A DNA stretch of 45,343 nt from Gemmatimonadaceae bacterium (GCA_035551575.1 DASZNJ010000030.1:1-45343), one strand, 5' to 3'. Counted from the first letter of the stretch, positions 36,778 through 45,343 are shown. Notes: generated from the letters alone by a model not told the origin. Made by a program: numbers and translations.

Positions 36778-37628
36778 CAGGCCTCGAGCGCTCGGGCCCG
36801 CGCCCGACGGCGAGCTGGTGGAAGCGCAGCGCCGGCGCGGTGGCGCTGGCGGCCCTCACCGCGTCGCCGCTGGCGGCGCAGCAGTCACTCGCCGCGCGCG
36901 TCGCCGCGGTGAAGAACGGCAGCGCTCAGTTCGAGTTTCCCTCGCGCGAGGATGCCTGCGGCGACGGCCGGACGTACATCCGCATCGGCGACTCGATGAA
37001 CGGATACTTCGACTCCGACACCGACCGGTCGAACTGCCAACCGGGACCGGTGCGCATCGTGCTCGACGTGCGCGATGGTCGCGTCGCCTCGCTGCGCGAT
37101 TACCTCGGGCCCGTTCCCGCAGCATCGAGCGGCGTGACAGAGCTCGGCGAAGTATCGGCCGCGGAGGGATCGAGCTTCCTGTTGGGACTCGTTGAGTCGC
37201 AGGGCGGCGGGCGCATCGCCAGCCATACGGTGTTTCCGGCGATGCTCGGCCGCGACGTCGTTGCGTGGCCGACCCTGCTGCGAATCGCGAGGGCCGATGC
37301 CGGCGGAGGACGTCGCCGCCGGCACGACGTCGTCTTCTGGCTGGCGCAATACGCGGCCGCGAAGCTTGCCGGCAGCGATGACCCATTCGCCGCGCGCGGT
37401 GGGCGCGACGAGAGCGGAGACGAGGACGTGAAGGAGCACGCCGTCTTCGCGCTCTCGCAGCTGCGCAACGGAGAGGGAGTCGAGCCCCTCATCCAGGTGG
37501 CCCGCACGAACCGGGACCCGCGCGTCCGCGCCAGGGCGATGTTCTGGCTCGGCGAGTCCGGTGACCCGCGGGCACTCGCCCTCTTCGAGCAGGTCCTCAC
37601 CGGCCACGCGCCGGCACCGCGCGGCTGA
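36774..37628 (+). CDS. Secreted HEAT-repeat protein, paralogue 3 (shorter)
   Basis: ATGA overlap with the upstream gene. The N-terminal domain is homologous to that of paralogue 2 (FEFPSREDACGDGRTYIRIG...NCQPGPVRIVLDV). The C-terminal repeats are VVFWLAQY, VKEHAVFALSQL and VRARAMFWLGESGDP. Confidence 0.7.
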   Translation: MTGLERSGPRPTASWWKRSAGAVALAALTASPLAAQQSLAARVAAVKNGSAQFEFPSREDACGDGRTYIRIGDSMNGYFDSDTDRSNCQPGPVRIVLDVRDGRVASLRDYLGPVPAASSGVTELGEVSAAEGSSFLLGLVESQGGGRIASHTVFPAMLGRDVVAWPTLLRIARADAGGGRRRRHDVVFWLAQYAAAKLAGSDDPFAARGGRDESGDEDVKEHAVFALSQLRNGEGVEPLIQVARTNRDPRVRARAMFWLGESGDPRALALFEQVLTGHAPAPRG

Positions 37629-37629
37629 C

Positions 37630-38277
37630 CTACTGCGCGACCGTCCAGCGGGTGCTCAGGTCGAAGGTTCCCCACTTGATCCTGAGCACTCCGCGGAGGT
37701 CGGCGTAGCCCTCCGCCGGGCGCGCCGAGTCCGGCACGAGGTACATCGTGAGCGACTCTTCCGGTTCGGCCATCGTTCGCACCGTCAGGGGAGTGCGTCC
37801 GAGATCCTTCGATGCGTCGTAATCGGTGCCCCACATCGCCGTGCCGCGGTTGACGATGAGCTGCCAGCCGCTCGAGCGGTAGAGCATGAACAGCGTGTAG
37901 TCGCCGCGCGGGATCTTCAGGTCGCCGAGGGTGATGTCGACGTCGGTATGAAGCGCGGTCGCCGTGTTTGCGCCGAAGCGCCAGACGGTGTCGAGCGGGA
38001 TGAGCCTCCCGGCGACCTGCCGGCCGCGAGCATGCGGCTGTCCATAGCTGATCGCGATCCGCGACGGCCCGGTCAGGCTCGCGTCTTCTTCGTACCAGCG
38101 CGAGCCGATGCGTCGGGCGTTGAGGTGCACCTCGACGCTGGCGAAGCTGCTGGCGGCGAAGCGCAGTGGGGTCTCGGGCGGTCGCTGTGCCGGAGCGGGG
38201 GCCGGCTGCTGAGCCGATGCATCGCGGTGGAAGCCGACGAGCAGCGAGGCGGCGAGCACGGCGACGGGGATTCGCAT
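37630..38277 (-). CDS. DUF2911-like secreted protein
   Basis: Signal peptide MRIPVAVLAASLLVGFHRDASAQ. SYGQPHARGRQV...VWRFGANTATALHTDVDITLGDLKIPRGDYTLF resembles DUF2911. Start chosen at the internal Met (38277). Confidence 0.55.
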   Translation of the reverse strand: MRIPVAVLAASLLVGFHRDASAQQPAPAPAQRPPETPLRFAASSFASVEVHLNARRIGSRWYEEDASLTGPSRIAISYGQPHARGRQVAGRLIPLDTVWRFGANTATALHTDVDITLGDLKIPRGDYTLFMLYRSSGWQLIVNRGTAMWGTDYDASKDLGRTPLTVRTMAEPEESLTMYLVPDSARPAEGYADLRGVLRIKWGTFDLSTRWTVAQ

Positions 38278-38391
38278 GGTCGGGAGGTGGATCGGGTCGC
38301 GGGGGCTGGGAGCGGGAAGCTCGATGTTGCGACGAGCGGTGCACGTCCGCAATATCTGCTTTCAACTTCCTGACCCGACCTGCGGCCCCGC

Positions 38392-40842
38392 ATGCCAAAT
38401 CGCGCACGAATCTTCGCCTCTGTCCTGCTCGCGCTCGGCGCGGGCTGCCGTCCGTCCTCTTCGGGCACGGCCGCCGGCTCCCCGGCCGAGCGCGAGCGGC
38501 TCCCGACGGGACGCTACCTCGACCCGGTCGCGAAATCGACCCGGCTCGCTGCCTCGTTCCCGTTAGGCATCGCGCTCTCGGCGAACGGCACCCGGGCGGC
38601 GATCCTCCTCAGCGGGTTCGGGAGGCAGGGGGTCGAGCTCGTGGATCGCGCGAGCGGGGCAACGCAGTTCGTCGAGCAGCGCGCCGCGTTCATCGGGGTC
38701 GCGATCTCCGCCGACGGGCGCACGGTGTACGCGTCGGGGGGCAACGACGACGCGGTCTATGTCTACGACTGGAGCGGCAGCACCGCGGTGCCGCGCGACA
38801 CGATCCTCCTCGCCCCGCGGCGAACGAAGGGCGACGGCGTGCGCTACCCCGCGGGCATCGCGCTCTCCCCGGACGGGCGCTGGCTGTACGCCGCCGAGAA
38901 TCTCGGCGACTCCCTCGCCGTCGTCGACCTGGCGGCTCGCCGCGTCACGGCCCGCTACGCGGCCGGGCGCTATCCGTATGGCGTGTCGGTTTCCCGGGCC
39001 GGCGACGTCTATGTCTCGGCCTGGGGGGCGAGCACCGTCACCGCCTTCGCACCGCAGGCCGACGGCACGCTCCGAGTCCGGGCGCTCTTCGAGGCCGGAC
39101 GCCACCCCTCGGCGATGCTGCTCGGCGCCGATGACGCGCGGCTCTACGTCGCGTCGGCGAGCACCGATCGGGTGCGCGTGCTCGACACCCGCACCGGTGC
39201 GACCATCGCCGATCTGCGCGATGCGCCCCCGGGCGGACCAGCCGAGGGAAGCACGCCTAACGCTCTGGCGCTCTCCCCCGACGGGGCGCGCCTGTACGTG
39301 GCCGAGGCGGACAACAACGCGGTCGCGATCTTCGACCTGGCGACGGGCGCGCTCGCCGGCCGCGTTCCCACCGACTGGTATCCGACCGCGCTGGCCGCCG
39401 TCGCCGGGGACTCGCTGCTCATCCTCTCCGCCAAGGGGGGACCGCCCGGGCCGAATCCCGGCTACGCGACGCCGCATCGCAAGGATCCGGACTCCCAGTA
39501 CACGCTCGGCCAGCTGTACGGAACGATCGCGGCCATCGCGGTGCCGCGGTCCGGGTCGCCGGCGCTCGCCGACCTGTCGCGGCGCGTCGCGGCCGCGAAC
39601 CTCTGGGCGGGACGCGCGCCGGCCGTCACCCGCGGGTATCCGCCGATCGAGCACGTCGTCTACGTCATCAAGGAGAATCGTACCTTCGACCAGGTGTTCG
39701 GCGACATCCCGCAGGCAGACGGCGACACCTCGCTCGTGTTCTTCCCGCGGACGATCACGCCCAACCATCATGCGCTCGCCGAGCGCTTCGGGATCTTCGA
39801 CCGCTTCTTCGTGAACGCCGAGGTGAGCGCGGATGGCCACAACTGGTCCACTGCCGCGTACGCCACGGATTACCTCGAGAAGACCGTCCAGTCGAACTAC
39901 TCGGGTCGCGGCCGCCACTACGATTACGAGGGGACCAACCGCAGCGACTGGGACCTGGACCGAATGGGGACGGCGATTCCGGACGACGACGTGAACGAGC
40001 CGGCCAACGGCTATCTCTGGGACCTCGCCGAGAAGGCGCACATCACCCTGCGCAACTACGGCGAATTCGTGATCGGCGTCCCGGCGGTGAAGGGTGGCCC
40101 CGCGGCCAGCTACCGGGGGGTCAAGCCATTCCTCGTCCCGAACACGAACCCCGCCTTCCCGGGGTTCGACCTCCACATCCAGGACCAGCGCCGCGCGGAC
40201 ATCTGGATCGCCGAGCTGAACGAGTTCGTGCAGCAGGGCCGCATGCCGGCGCTCGAGATCGTGCGCCTGCCTAACGATCACACCGAGGGGGCGAGCGCCG
40301 GGCGTCCGACCCCGCGCGCGCACATGGCCGACAACGACCTCGCGCTCGGGCGGATGATCGAGGCGCTGTCGAAGACCCCGTTCTGGAAGAACACCGCCGT
40401 CTTCGTCCTCGAGGACGACGCGCAGGACGGCCCCGATCATGTCGATTCGCACCGCTCGCCGCTGCTCGTGATCTCGCCGTGGGCGCGCCCCGGGGTGCAT
40501 CGCCGCTGGGCAAATACCACCGACGTGATCGCGACGATCGCCGAGCTCCTGAAGCTGGGATCGATGTCGCAGTTCGACCACTTCGGCGAGCCGCTGCGCG
40601 ACATCTGGCGCGAGAGCCCGGACCTGAGCCCGTACACCGCGCTCGTTCCCGCGGTCTCGCTCGACGAGCGCAACCCGGCGCGCGGCGTCGGTGCGCGCGA
40701 ATCGTCGCGTTTCGACTTCAGCGCCGAGGACCGGATCGACGACGACCAGTTCAACCGCGTGCTCTGGGCGGTCATCAAGGGCCCGGACGTCCCGTATCCC
40801 GGTGGTCGCGCGGCCCGTGCACCGGAGTGGACACGCCAGTAG
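38392..40842 (+). CDS. Lipoprotein fusing a YncE/YVTN-type beta-propeller to a phosphoesterase (phospholipase C/AcpA family) domain
   Basis: Lipobox-like LALGAGC. The N-terminal half has repeated G..P.G[IV]A[LI]S.DG..[LV]Y[VA] units. The C-terminal half has YVIKENRTFDQVFG and EDDAQDGPDHVDSHRSP, which are phosphoesterase-family hallmarks. Confidence 0.8.
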   Translation: MPNRARIFASVLLALGAGCRPSSSGTAAGSPAERERLPTGRYLDPVAKSTRLAASFPLGIALSANGTRAAILLSGFGRQGVELVDRASGATQFVEQRAAFIGVAISADGRTVYASGGNDDAVYVYDWSGSTAVPRDTILLAPRRTKGDGVRYPAGIALSPDGRWLYAAENLGDSLAVVDLAARRVTARYAAGRYPYGVSVSRAGDVYVSAWGASTVTAFAPQADGTLRVRALFEAGRHPSAMLLGADDARLYVASASTDRVRVLDTRTGATIADLRDAPPGGPAEGSTPNALALSPDGARLYVAEADNNAVAIFDLATGALAGRVPTDWYPTALAAVAGDSLLILSAKGGPPGPNPGYATPHRKDPDSQYTLGQLYGTIAAIAVPRSGSPALADLSRRVAAANLWAGRAPAVTRGYPPIEHVVYVIKENRTFDQVFGDIPQADGDTSLVFFPRTITPNHHALAERFGIFDRFFVNAEVSADGHNWSTAAYATDYLEKTVQSNYSGRGRHYDYEGTNRSDWDLDRMGTAIPDDDVNEPANGYLWDLAEKAHITLRNYGEFVIGVPAVKGGPAASYRGVKPFLVPNTNPAFPGFDLHIQDQRRADIWIAELNEFVQQGRMPALEIVRLPNDHTEGASAGRPTPRAHMADNDLALGRMIEALSKTPFWKNTAVFVLEDDAQDGPDHVDSHRSPLLVISPWARPGVHRRWANTTDVIATIAELLKLGSMSQFDHFGEPLRDIWRESPDLSPYTALVPAVSLDERNPARGVGARESSRFDFSAEDRIDDDQFNRVLWAVIKGPDVPYPGGRAARAPEWTRQ

Positions 40843-40871
40843 CCTGGAGCGCCACCCCCACCGCACCCTCG

Positions 40872-41810
40872 CTACGCGCGCACTGACTCACCGGCCATGA
40901 GTCGCAGCGCGTCGCGCACCGCGCCGCGCGCGGCATCGACGTCCCCGCTCTGCACCTGCGCGCCGGGGACCGCGCTCTTCATCCGCTGCTCGAGGCGCCT
41001 GCGCAGCGGTGCGCCGCGCTTGAGCAGACCGCCGGTGAGCGCGACCGGCACCGCCGCCCGCTCGTCCATGAACAGCTGCCGGGCGAGCGCGCGCACGTGC
41101 AGCACGAGCTCCTCGGCGGCCATGCTCATGATCGCGTTGGCGCGCAGGTCCCCGGCGTCCGCTTCGCTGATCACGGCCGGGGCGAGGGTAGCCAGCGCCG
41201 CCGGCGTCGCCGCCGCGGCCCAGGCGATCAGGTCGTTCACGTCGTTGACCTGCGCGGCGGTGAGGATCGCGCCGGTGAGCGCTGTCTCGGGCTCGCGGCC
41301 ATCGCTCGCCGCGGTCACGACGGAGAGTGCGCGGCGGCCGATCCATGCGCCGCTGCCTTCGTCGCCGATGTTCGGTCCCCAGCCCCCGCAGCGCGCCGTC
41401 GTCCCGGTCGGCCCGCGACCGAAGGCCACGGACCCCGTGCCGGCGATCAGCAACACGCCGACGCCGTCGCTGAAGGCGTCGTCGAGCGCGATCGTCGCGT
41501 CGGCGTGGACGACCACCTCTTCGGCCAGCTCGAGGGCGGCGAGCGCCTGCCAGAGCGCCTGACGCTCCGGCTCCCGCCCGACGCCGGCGACGCCAACGCA
41601 GAGCACGCGGGGGACGATCAGCCCGAGCTCGGCGTCGCCGAGCGCCCGCCTGACGGTCTCGGCGATGACGGTCGCCGAGCGATCGGCCTGCCCCGGGCGA
41701 ACGGCCGAGGCCGGACCGTCCGCCTCGGCGATGGTCCGCCCCGTCTCGTCGGCGACGAGGACACGGGTCTTCGATCCCCCGCCATCCACTCCGACGACGA
41801 TGGCGCTCAT
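40872..41810 (-). CDS. BadF/BadG/BcrA/BcrD-type ATPase, probable N-acetylglucosamine kinase
   Basis: VGVDGGGSKTRV phosphate-1 motif, LIAGTGSVAFG, and GGWGPNIGDEGSGAWIG. The ATG at 41810 overlaps the transporter stop (ATGA). In the track this is the C-terminal 312 aa of an artefactual 1363-aa ORF. Confidence 0.8.
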   Translation of the reverse strand: MSAIVVGVDGGGSKTRVLVADETGRTIAEADGPASAVRPGQADRSATVIAETVRRALGDAELGLIVPRVLCVGVAGVGREPERQALWQALAALELAEEVVVHADATIALDDAFSDGVGVLLIAGTGSVAFGRGPTGTTARCGGWGPNIGDEGSGAWIGRRALSVVTAASDGREPETALTGAILTAAQVNDVNDLIAWAAAATPAALATLAPAVISEADAGDLRANAIMSMAAEELVLHVRALARQLFMDERAAVPVALTGGLLKRGAPLRRRLEQRMKSAVPGAQVQSGDVDAARGAVRDALRLMAGESVRA

Positions 41811-43351
41811 GGTACGCGCTCCGGGCGAGCGGCTTCCGGACCGGCGCCGACCACGCGCGCCGCCCCGAACAGCGACGAGATCCAGCCGGTCGCGACGGTG
41901 ATGACCGTCCCGATCAGGACGTACCACGGCCACGCGATGCCGTTGAAGGGGCCCAGCACTCCCTGCAGCCCCGGAGCGGCGGCGATGAACTGCTTCGAGA
42001 AGACGATCAGTGCCATGACGAAGATCGCGACCGACATGCCGGTGATCGCGTCGCGCTGACGCGCCCGGTGGACGAACAGGCCGAGGAAGAAGCCGCCGAG
42101 CAGCGCGCCGTAGGTGAAGGACGCGATGCCTAACGCGACGACGACCGCCGGCGTCCCGCTCTCCTTGAAGAGCAGGGCGCCGCCGGTGAGCACGACCCCC
42201 CAGGCGAGCGCGAACATCTTCCCCATCCGCAGCGCCCGCGGGCTGTCCGGCCGGTCGCCGGTAATCGGCAGGTAGATGTCGTGCAGCGAGGAGGCGGCGA
42301 GCGAGTTGATCGCGCCGGAGTGCGTGCTCATCGTCGCGGCGACGATCGCCGCAACGATCAGGCCGAGCAGCCCGTGCGGCATGTACTCGACGATGAACGT
42401 CGGGAACACCGCGTCGGGCGCGGTGAACGGACGCCCGGCGAACAGCGCCCAGAGCCCGACCCCGATCATCAGGAAGAGCATGAACTGGAAGAAGACGACG
42501 ATCCCGCTGCCGATGATCGCCCGCTGCGCGTCGCGCAGGCTCTTCGACGAGAGCAGCCGCTGGACGATCAGCTGGTCGGCGCCATGCGATGCCATCGAGA
42601 GGAAGGCACCGCCGATCAGCCCGGCCCACACCGTGTGCGGCTTCGACAGTGTCGTGCTGAAGTCGATGGCGTCGAGCTTTCCCGCCGCGTGCGCCGAGTC
42701 GATGATCTGGCCCCAGCCGCCGGGCACGGCCTGGCCGATGAGCACGACGGCGCTGACCCCGCCGACGAGGTAGACCGTCGCCTGCACGATCTCGGTCCAC
42801 ACCACCGCCCTCATCCCGCCGCGGTAGGTGTAGATGATGGTCAGGACGCCGAGGATGAGGATCGCGACCGGCATGAGCAGCTCGCGCCGGATGGACGAGC
42901 CGAGGATGAGCGCGATGGGGATCGCGGTCGCGAAGACGCGGACGGCGTCGGCCATCGCCCGCGTGACCATGAACACGATCGACGTGAAGCGCCGCGTCGT
43001 CAGCCCGAAGCGCTTCTCGAGGAGGGTGTAGGCCGTCACCAGCTCCCCTTCGTAGTAGCGGGGAAGCAGGGTGTTGGCGACGACGATCCGGCCGAGGATG
43101 TAGCCGGCGGCGACCTGGAGGAAGCCGAGGTTCCCCGCCCAGGCGAGGCCGGGGATGGAGATGAAGGTGAGCGCGCTCGTCTCGCTGGCGACGACGGAGA
43201 ACATCACCGCCCCCCACGGGATCGCCCGGTCGGCGACGAAGTAGTCGCGCGCGTCGCGCTGGCGCCGCCCGACCCAGATGCCTAACGCCGTCGTCCCCGC
43301 CAGGTAGGCGAGGAGGACGACGAGGTCGATCGCCGCGAAGTTCGAGGTCAT
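41807..43351 (-). CDS. Sodium:solute symporter (SSS) family transporter
   Basis: 514 aa, about 13-14 TM helices, with SSF-like segments (YFVADRAIPWGAVMFSVVASETSALTFISIPG, GGMRAVVWTEIVQ). Confidence 0.8.
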   Translation of the reverse strand: MTSNFAAIDLVVLLAYLAGTTALGIWVGRRQRDARDYFVADRAIPWGAVMFSVVASETSALTFISIPGLAWAGNLGFLQVAAGYILGRIVVANTLLPRYYEGELVTAYTLLEKRFGLTTRRFTSIVFMVTRAMADAVRVFATAIPIALILGSSIRRELLMPVAILILGVLTIIYTYRGGMRAVVWTEIVQATVYLVGGVSAVVLIGQAVPGGWGQIIDSAHAAGKLDAIDFSTTLSKPHTVWAGLIGGAFLSMASHGADQLIVQRLLSSKSLRDAQRAIIGSGIVVFFQFMLFLMIGVGLWALFAGRPFTAPDAVFPTFIVEYMPHGLLGLIVAAIVAATMSTHSGAINSLAASSLHDIYLPITGDRPDSPRALRMGKMFALAWGVVLTGGALLFKESGTPAVVVALGIASFTYGALLGGFFLGLFVHRARQRDAITGMSVAIFVMALIVFSKQFIAAAPGLQGVLGPFNGIAWPWYVLIGTVITVATGWISSLFGAARVVGAGPEAARPERVP

Positions 43352-43366
43352 GTCGTGGGGATGGAG

Positions 43367-45310
43367 TTACTCGACGACGTACGCTTCCATCGCGAAGTAC
43401 TCGGCCAGCCCGAGCCGGTCGAGGATCGCGGCGGTGTCCTTGTTGCGTGCCTCGACGCGCTGCCAGAACTCGCGATCGTCGCTCCCCGGGAAGGGGGCCG
43501 AGTCCTTCTGCGACTGGTGCTTGAAGATCGCCTGGATCTTCAGGCGGAGCTCCTCCTGCGACATCGGGACGAGCCACGTTGCTTCCGTGATCGGCCACTC
43601 CTGCCACGCGCCGCGATAGAGCCAGGTCTCCGGCCGCGGGTTGCCGGCGGCCGAGTATTCCTCCAGCGCCATGTCGATCGCCTCCTTGCACATCCGGTGG
43701 GTGCCGTGCGGATCGGAGAGGTCGCCGGCGACGAAGATCAGCTCGGGCTTGATCTCCTCGAGCAGCTCGCGGACGATCGCGACGTCGGCGGGGCCGACCG
43801 GATCCTTGCGCACCTTCCCCGTCTGGTAGAAGGGGAGATTGAGGAAGCGCGCCGCCGACTCCCTGAGGCCGACGGTCTCGATCCCGCTCACCGCCTCCGC
43901 TTCGCGGATGATGCGCTTTATGTCGAGCACTTCCGGGATGTCGACGTCGCCGGGCTTCTTGCTCTCGAGGAAGGCGCGGACCTTGTTCGCCCAGCTGTCG
44001 GCGGCCTTCGCGTCGCCCTGCCCGTTGTGGGCCAGCCGCTGGAGGAAGTCGACGTACCGTCGCACGTCGTGGTCGAAGACGGCGATGTTGCCGCTCGTCA
44101 TGTACGCGACCGTGACGTGGTTCTCGTTCTCGACGAACTTGCGGAGGATGCCGCCCATCGAGATGACGTCGTCGTCGGGGTGCGGCGAGAAGCAGATCGT
44201 CCTCAAGCCCCGCGGGAGCTTGCTCTTGCCGCGGATCTTCGCGCCTAACGCGTTGAAGGTCTCGCCGTTGACCGCGCCGGGGGTGCCGTAGCGCGCGACC
44301 AGCGAGGACATCTTGTGCTCGGCGTAGTCGCGCTGGGTCAGGTGCAGGATCGCGCGCCCGGTCGTCTCGGACAGCCAGACCACCGCGCGGACGGTGAGGT
44401 CCGGCGTCCACTGCACCTCGTCGAGCAGCCACGGCGTCTTGATCCGCGTCAGCTCGGCGGCGGCGGCACGATCGACGTAGAACGTCGTGTTGGCGTGCCC
44501 CTGGAGGAAGGTCGCCGCCACCTCGACGTCCACCTCCCCCTCGACCGCGCGGCTGACGATGAACGCCTTGTGCTCGCCGGTGGCGAGGATCGCGATCTCG
44601 CGCGCCTCGAGGATCGTGGCGACCCCCATCGTCACCGCCTCGCGCGGGACGAAGTCTTCGCCGAAGAAGTCCGCGGCGGCGTCGCGGCGGGTCACCGCGT
44701 CGAGGGTGACGATGCGCGTCCGGCTCTCGGCGCCGGACCCCGGCTCGTTGAACCCGATGTGCCCCGTCTTGCCGATGCCGAGGATCTGGAAGTCGATCCC
44801 TCCGGCGCGGCGGATCTCGTCCTCGTAGCGCCGGCACTCCTCGTCGACCTGGTCGCGCGGGATGTCGCCGCGCGGGATGTGCACGTTCTTCGGGTCGATG
44901 TCGACGTGCTCGAACAGGTTCTCCCACATGAACCGGTGGTAGGAGTGGACGCTGTCCGGCCACATCGGGAAGTACTCGTCGAGGTTGAAGGTCACGACGT
45001 TGGCGAAGCTCAGCCCCTCGTCCCGATGCATGCGAATGAGCTCCCGGTAGACCCCGATCGGGGTCGAGCCCGTCGCGAGTCCGAGGACGGCGCGCTCACC
45101 GGCGGCCTGGCGCTCACGAATGAGCGTCGCGATGCGGTTGGCGACGAGACGGGCGATCCCCTCGTGGTCGTCGACGACGACGGTGCGGATGCGCTCGTGC
45201 GAAACGGTGGTGGCGTGCGGGATAGACGAAAGCCCGCGACTCGGAGTCGAGTCGCGGGCCTCCAGCACGGCACCGGCGTCCGTGCGGACGCCAGAGACCG
45301 GACGTGACAT
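43367..45310 (-). CDS. nagB: Long-form glucosamine-6-phosphate deaminase: NagB domain fused to a C-terminal LmbE/PIG-L-type deacetylase-like domain
   Basis: The N-terminal half has GLATGSTPIGVYRELI, NLDEYF and GIGKTGHIGFNEPGS. The C-terminal half has ICFSPHPDDDVISMGG and LSDPHGTHRMC, as in LmbE-like metal-dependent deacetylases. The exact start is uncertain near the window end. Confidence 0.85.
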   Translation of the reverse strand: MSRPVSGVRTDAGAVLEARDSTPSRGLSSIPHATTVSHERIRTVVVDDHEGIARLVANRIATLIRERQAAGERAVLGLATGSTPIGVYRELIRMHRDEGLSFANVVTFNLDEYFPMWPDSVHSYHRFMWENLFEHVDIDPKNVHIPRGDIPRDQVDEECRRYEDEIRRAGGIDFQILGIGKTGHIGFNEPGSGAESRTRIVTLDAVTRRDAAADFFGEDFVPREAVTMGVATILEAREIAILATGEHKAFIVSRAVEGEVDVEVAATFLQGHANTTFYVDRAAAAELTRIKTPWLLDEVQWTPDLTVRAVVWLSETTGRAILHLTQRDYAEHKMSSLVARYGTPGAVNGETFNALGAKIRGKSKLPRGLRTICFSPHPDDDVISMGGILRKFVENENHVTVAYMTSGNIAVFDHDVRRYVDFLQRLAHNGQGDAKAADSWANKVRAFLESKKPGDVDIPEVLDIKRIIREAEAVSGIETVGLRESAARFLNLPFYQTGKVRKDPVGPADVAIVRELLEEIKPELIFVAGDLSDPHGTHRMCKEAIDMALEEYSAAGNPRPETWLYRGAWQEWPITEATWLVPMSQEELRLKIQAIFKHQSQKDSAPFPGSDDREFWQRVEARNKDTAAILDRLGLAEYFAMEAYVVE

Positions 45311-45343
45311 GGTCGACTTCAGGCGGTGAAGGAGCTACCGCAG

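Noticed and set aside
38563-40866. Long antisense ORFs opposite well-supported genes (also 28263-29981, 29557-30966, 27179-28435, 25913-26962, 24792-25889, 19021-20661, 16673-18154, 15528-16694, 33974-35503, 7782-8831, 5278-6549, 3878-5071)
   Set aside because: All are extremely Arg/Asp/Glu/His/Pro-rich with no recognisable motifs. Each lies antisense to a gene carrying unambiguous family signatures, so these are high-GC shadow ORFs.
40872-44963. A 1363-aa minus-strand ORF spanning three genes
   Set aside because: Only its last 312 codons (40872-41810, the BadF-type kinase) look like protein. The rest is Arg/Pro/Gly/Asp-rich shadow reading frame overlapping the clearly real SSS transporter and NagB genes in other frames. 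This is a typical stop-codon-poor artefact of high-GC DNA.

Overview
High-GC (about 70% by eye), densely coding bacterial chromosomal window. I see no rRNA, CRISPR array, transposase, integrase, phage gene or recognisable defence gene, so most of it is ordinary housekeeping and accessory metabolism. Gene content suggests a Gemmatimonadota or FCB-group-like soil bacterium (inference only): alternative complex III, a TonB-ExbB-ExbD-ExbD cluster, a long NagB-LmbE fusion and DUF2911. Left to right: an alpha/beta hydrolase; a complete alternative complex III operon actABCDEF (1341-9227); thioredoxin-2; tRNA-Ala; a secreted hypothetical protein; a DinB-like protein; a peroxiredoxin; a large glycoside-hydrolase-like protein; Hsp20; a GAF-PAS histidine kinase with an NtrC-type sigma-54 activator; an OmpR/CusR-like two-component pair; TonB-ExbB-ExbD-ExbD-TonB; an amino-acid transporter block surrounding a membrane H+-pyrophosphatase; a ~1.6 kb poorly coding stretch; a five-gene operon of ECF sigma, anti-sigma and three paralogous secreted HEAT-repeat proteins; DUF2911; a beta-propeller/phosphoesterase fusion lipoprotein; and an amino-sugar cluster (NagB-LmbE fusion, SSS transporter, BadF-type sugar kinase). 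Three signals are not explained by ordinary annotation. (1) The 8-mer CGTTAGGC occurs 23 times, mostly on the sense strand, and forces the rare TTA-Leu codon into housekeeping genes. (2) G-tract heptamer repeats, (GGGGTCA)n and (GGGACGA)n, form long palindromes exactly at gene 3' ends. (3) The ECF/anti-sigma/3xHEAT operon has unknown function. The many long antisense 'shadow' ORFs in the track are high-GC artefacts.
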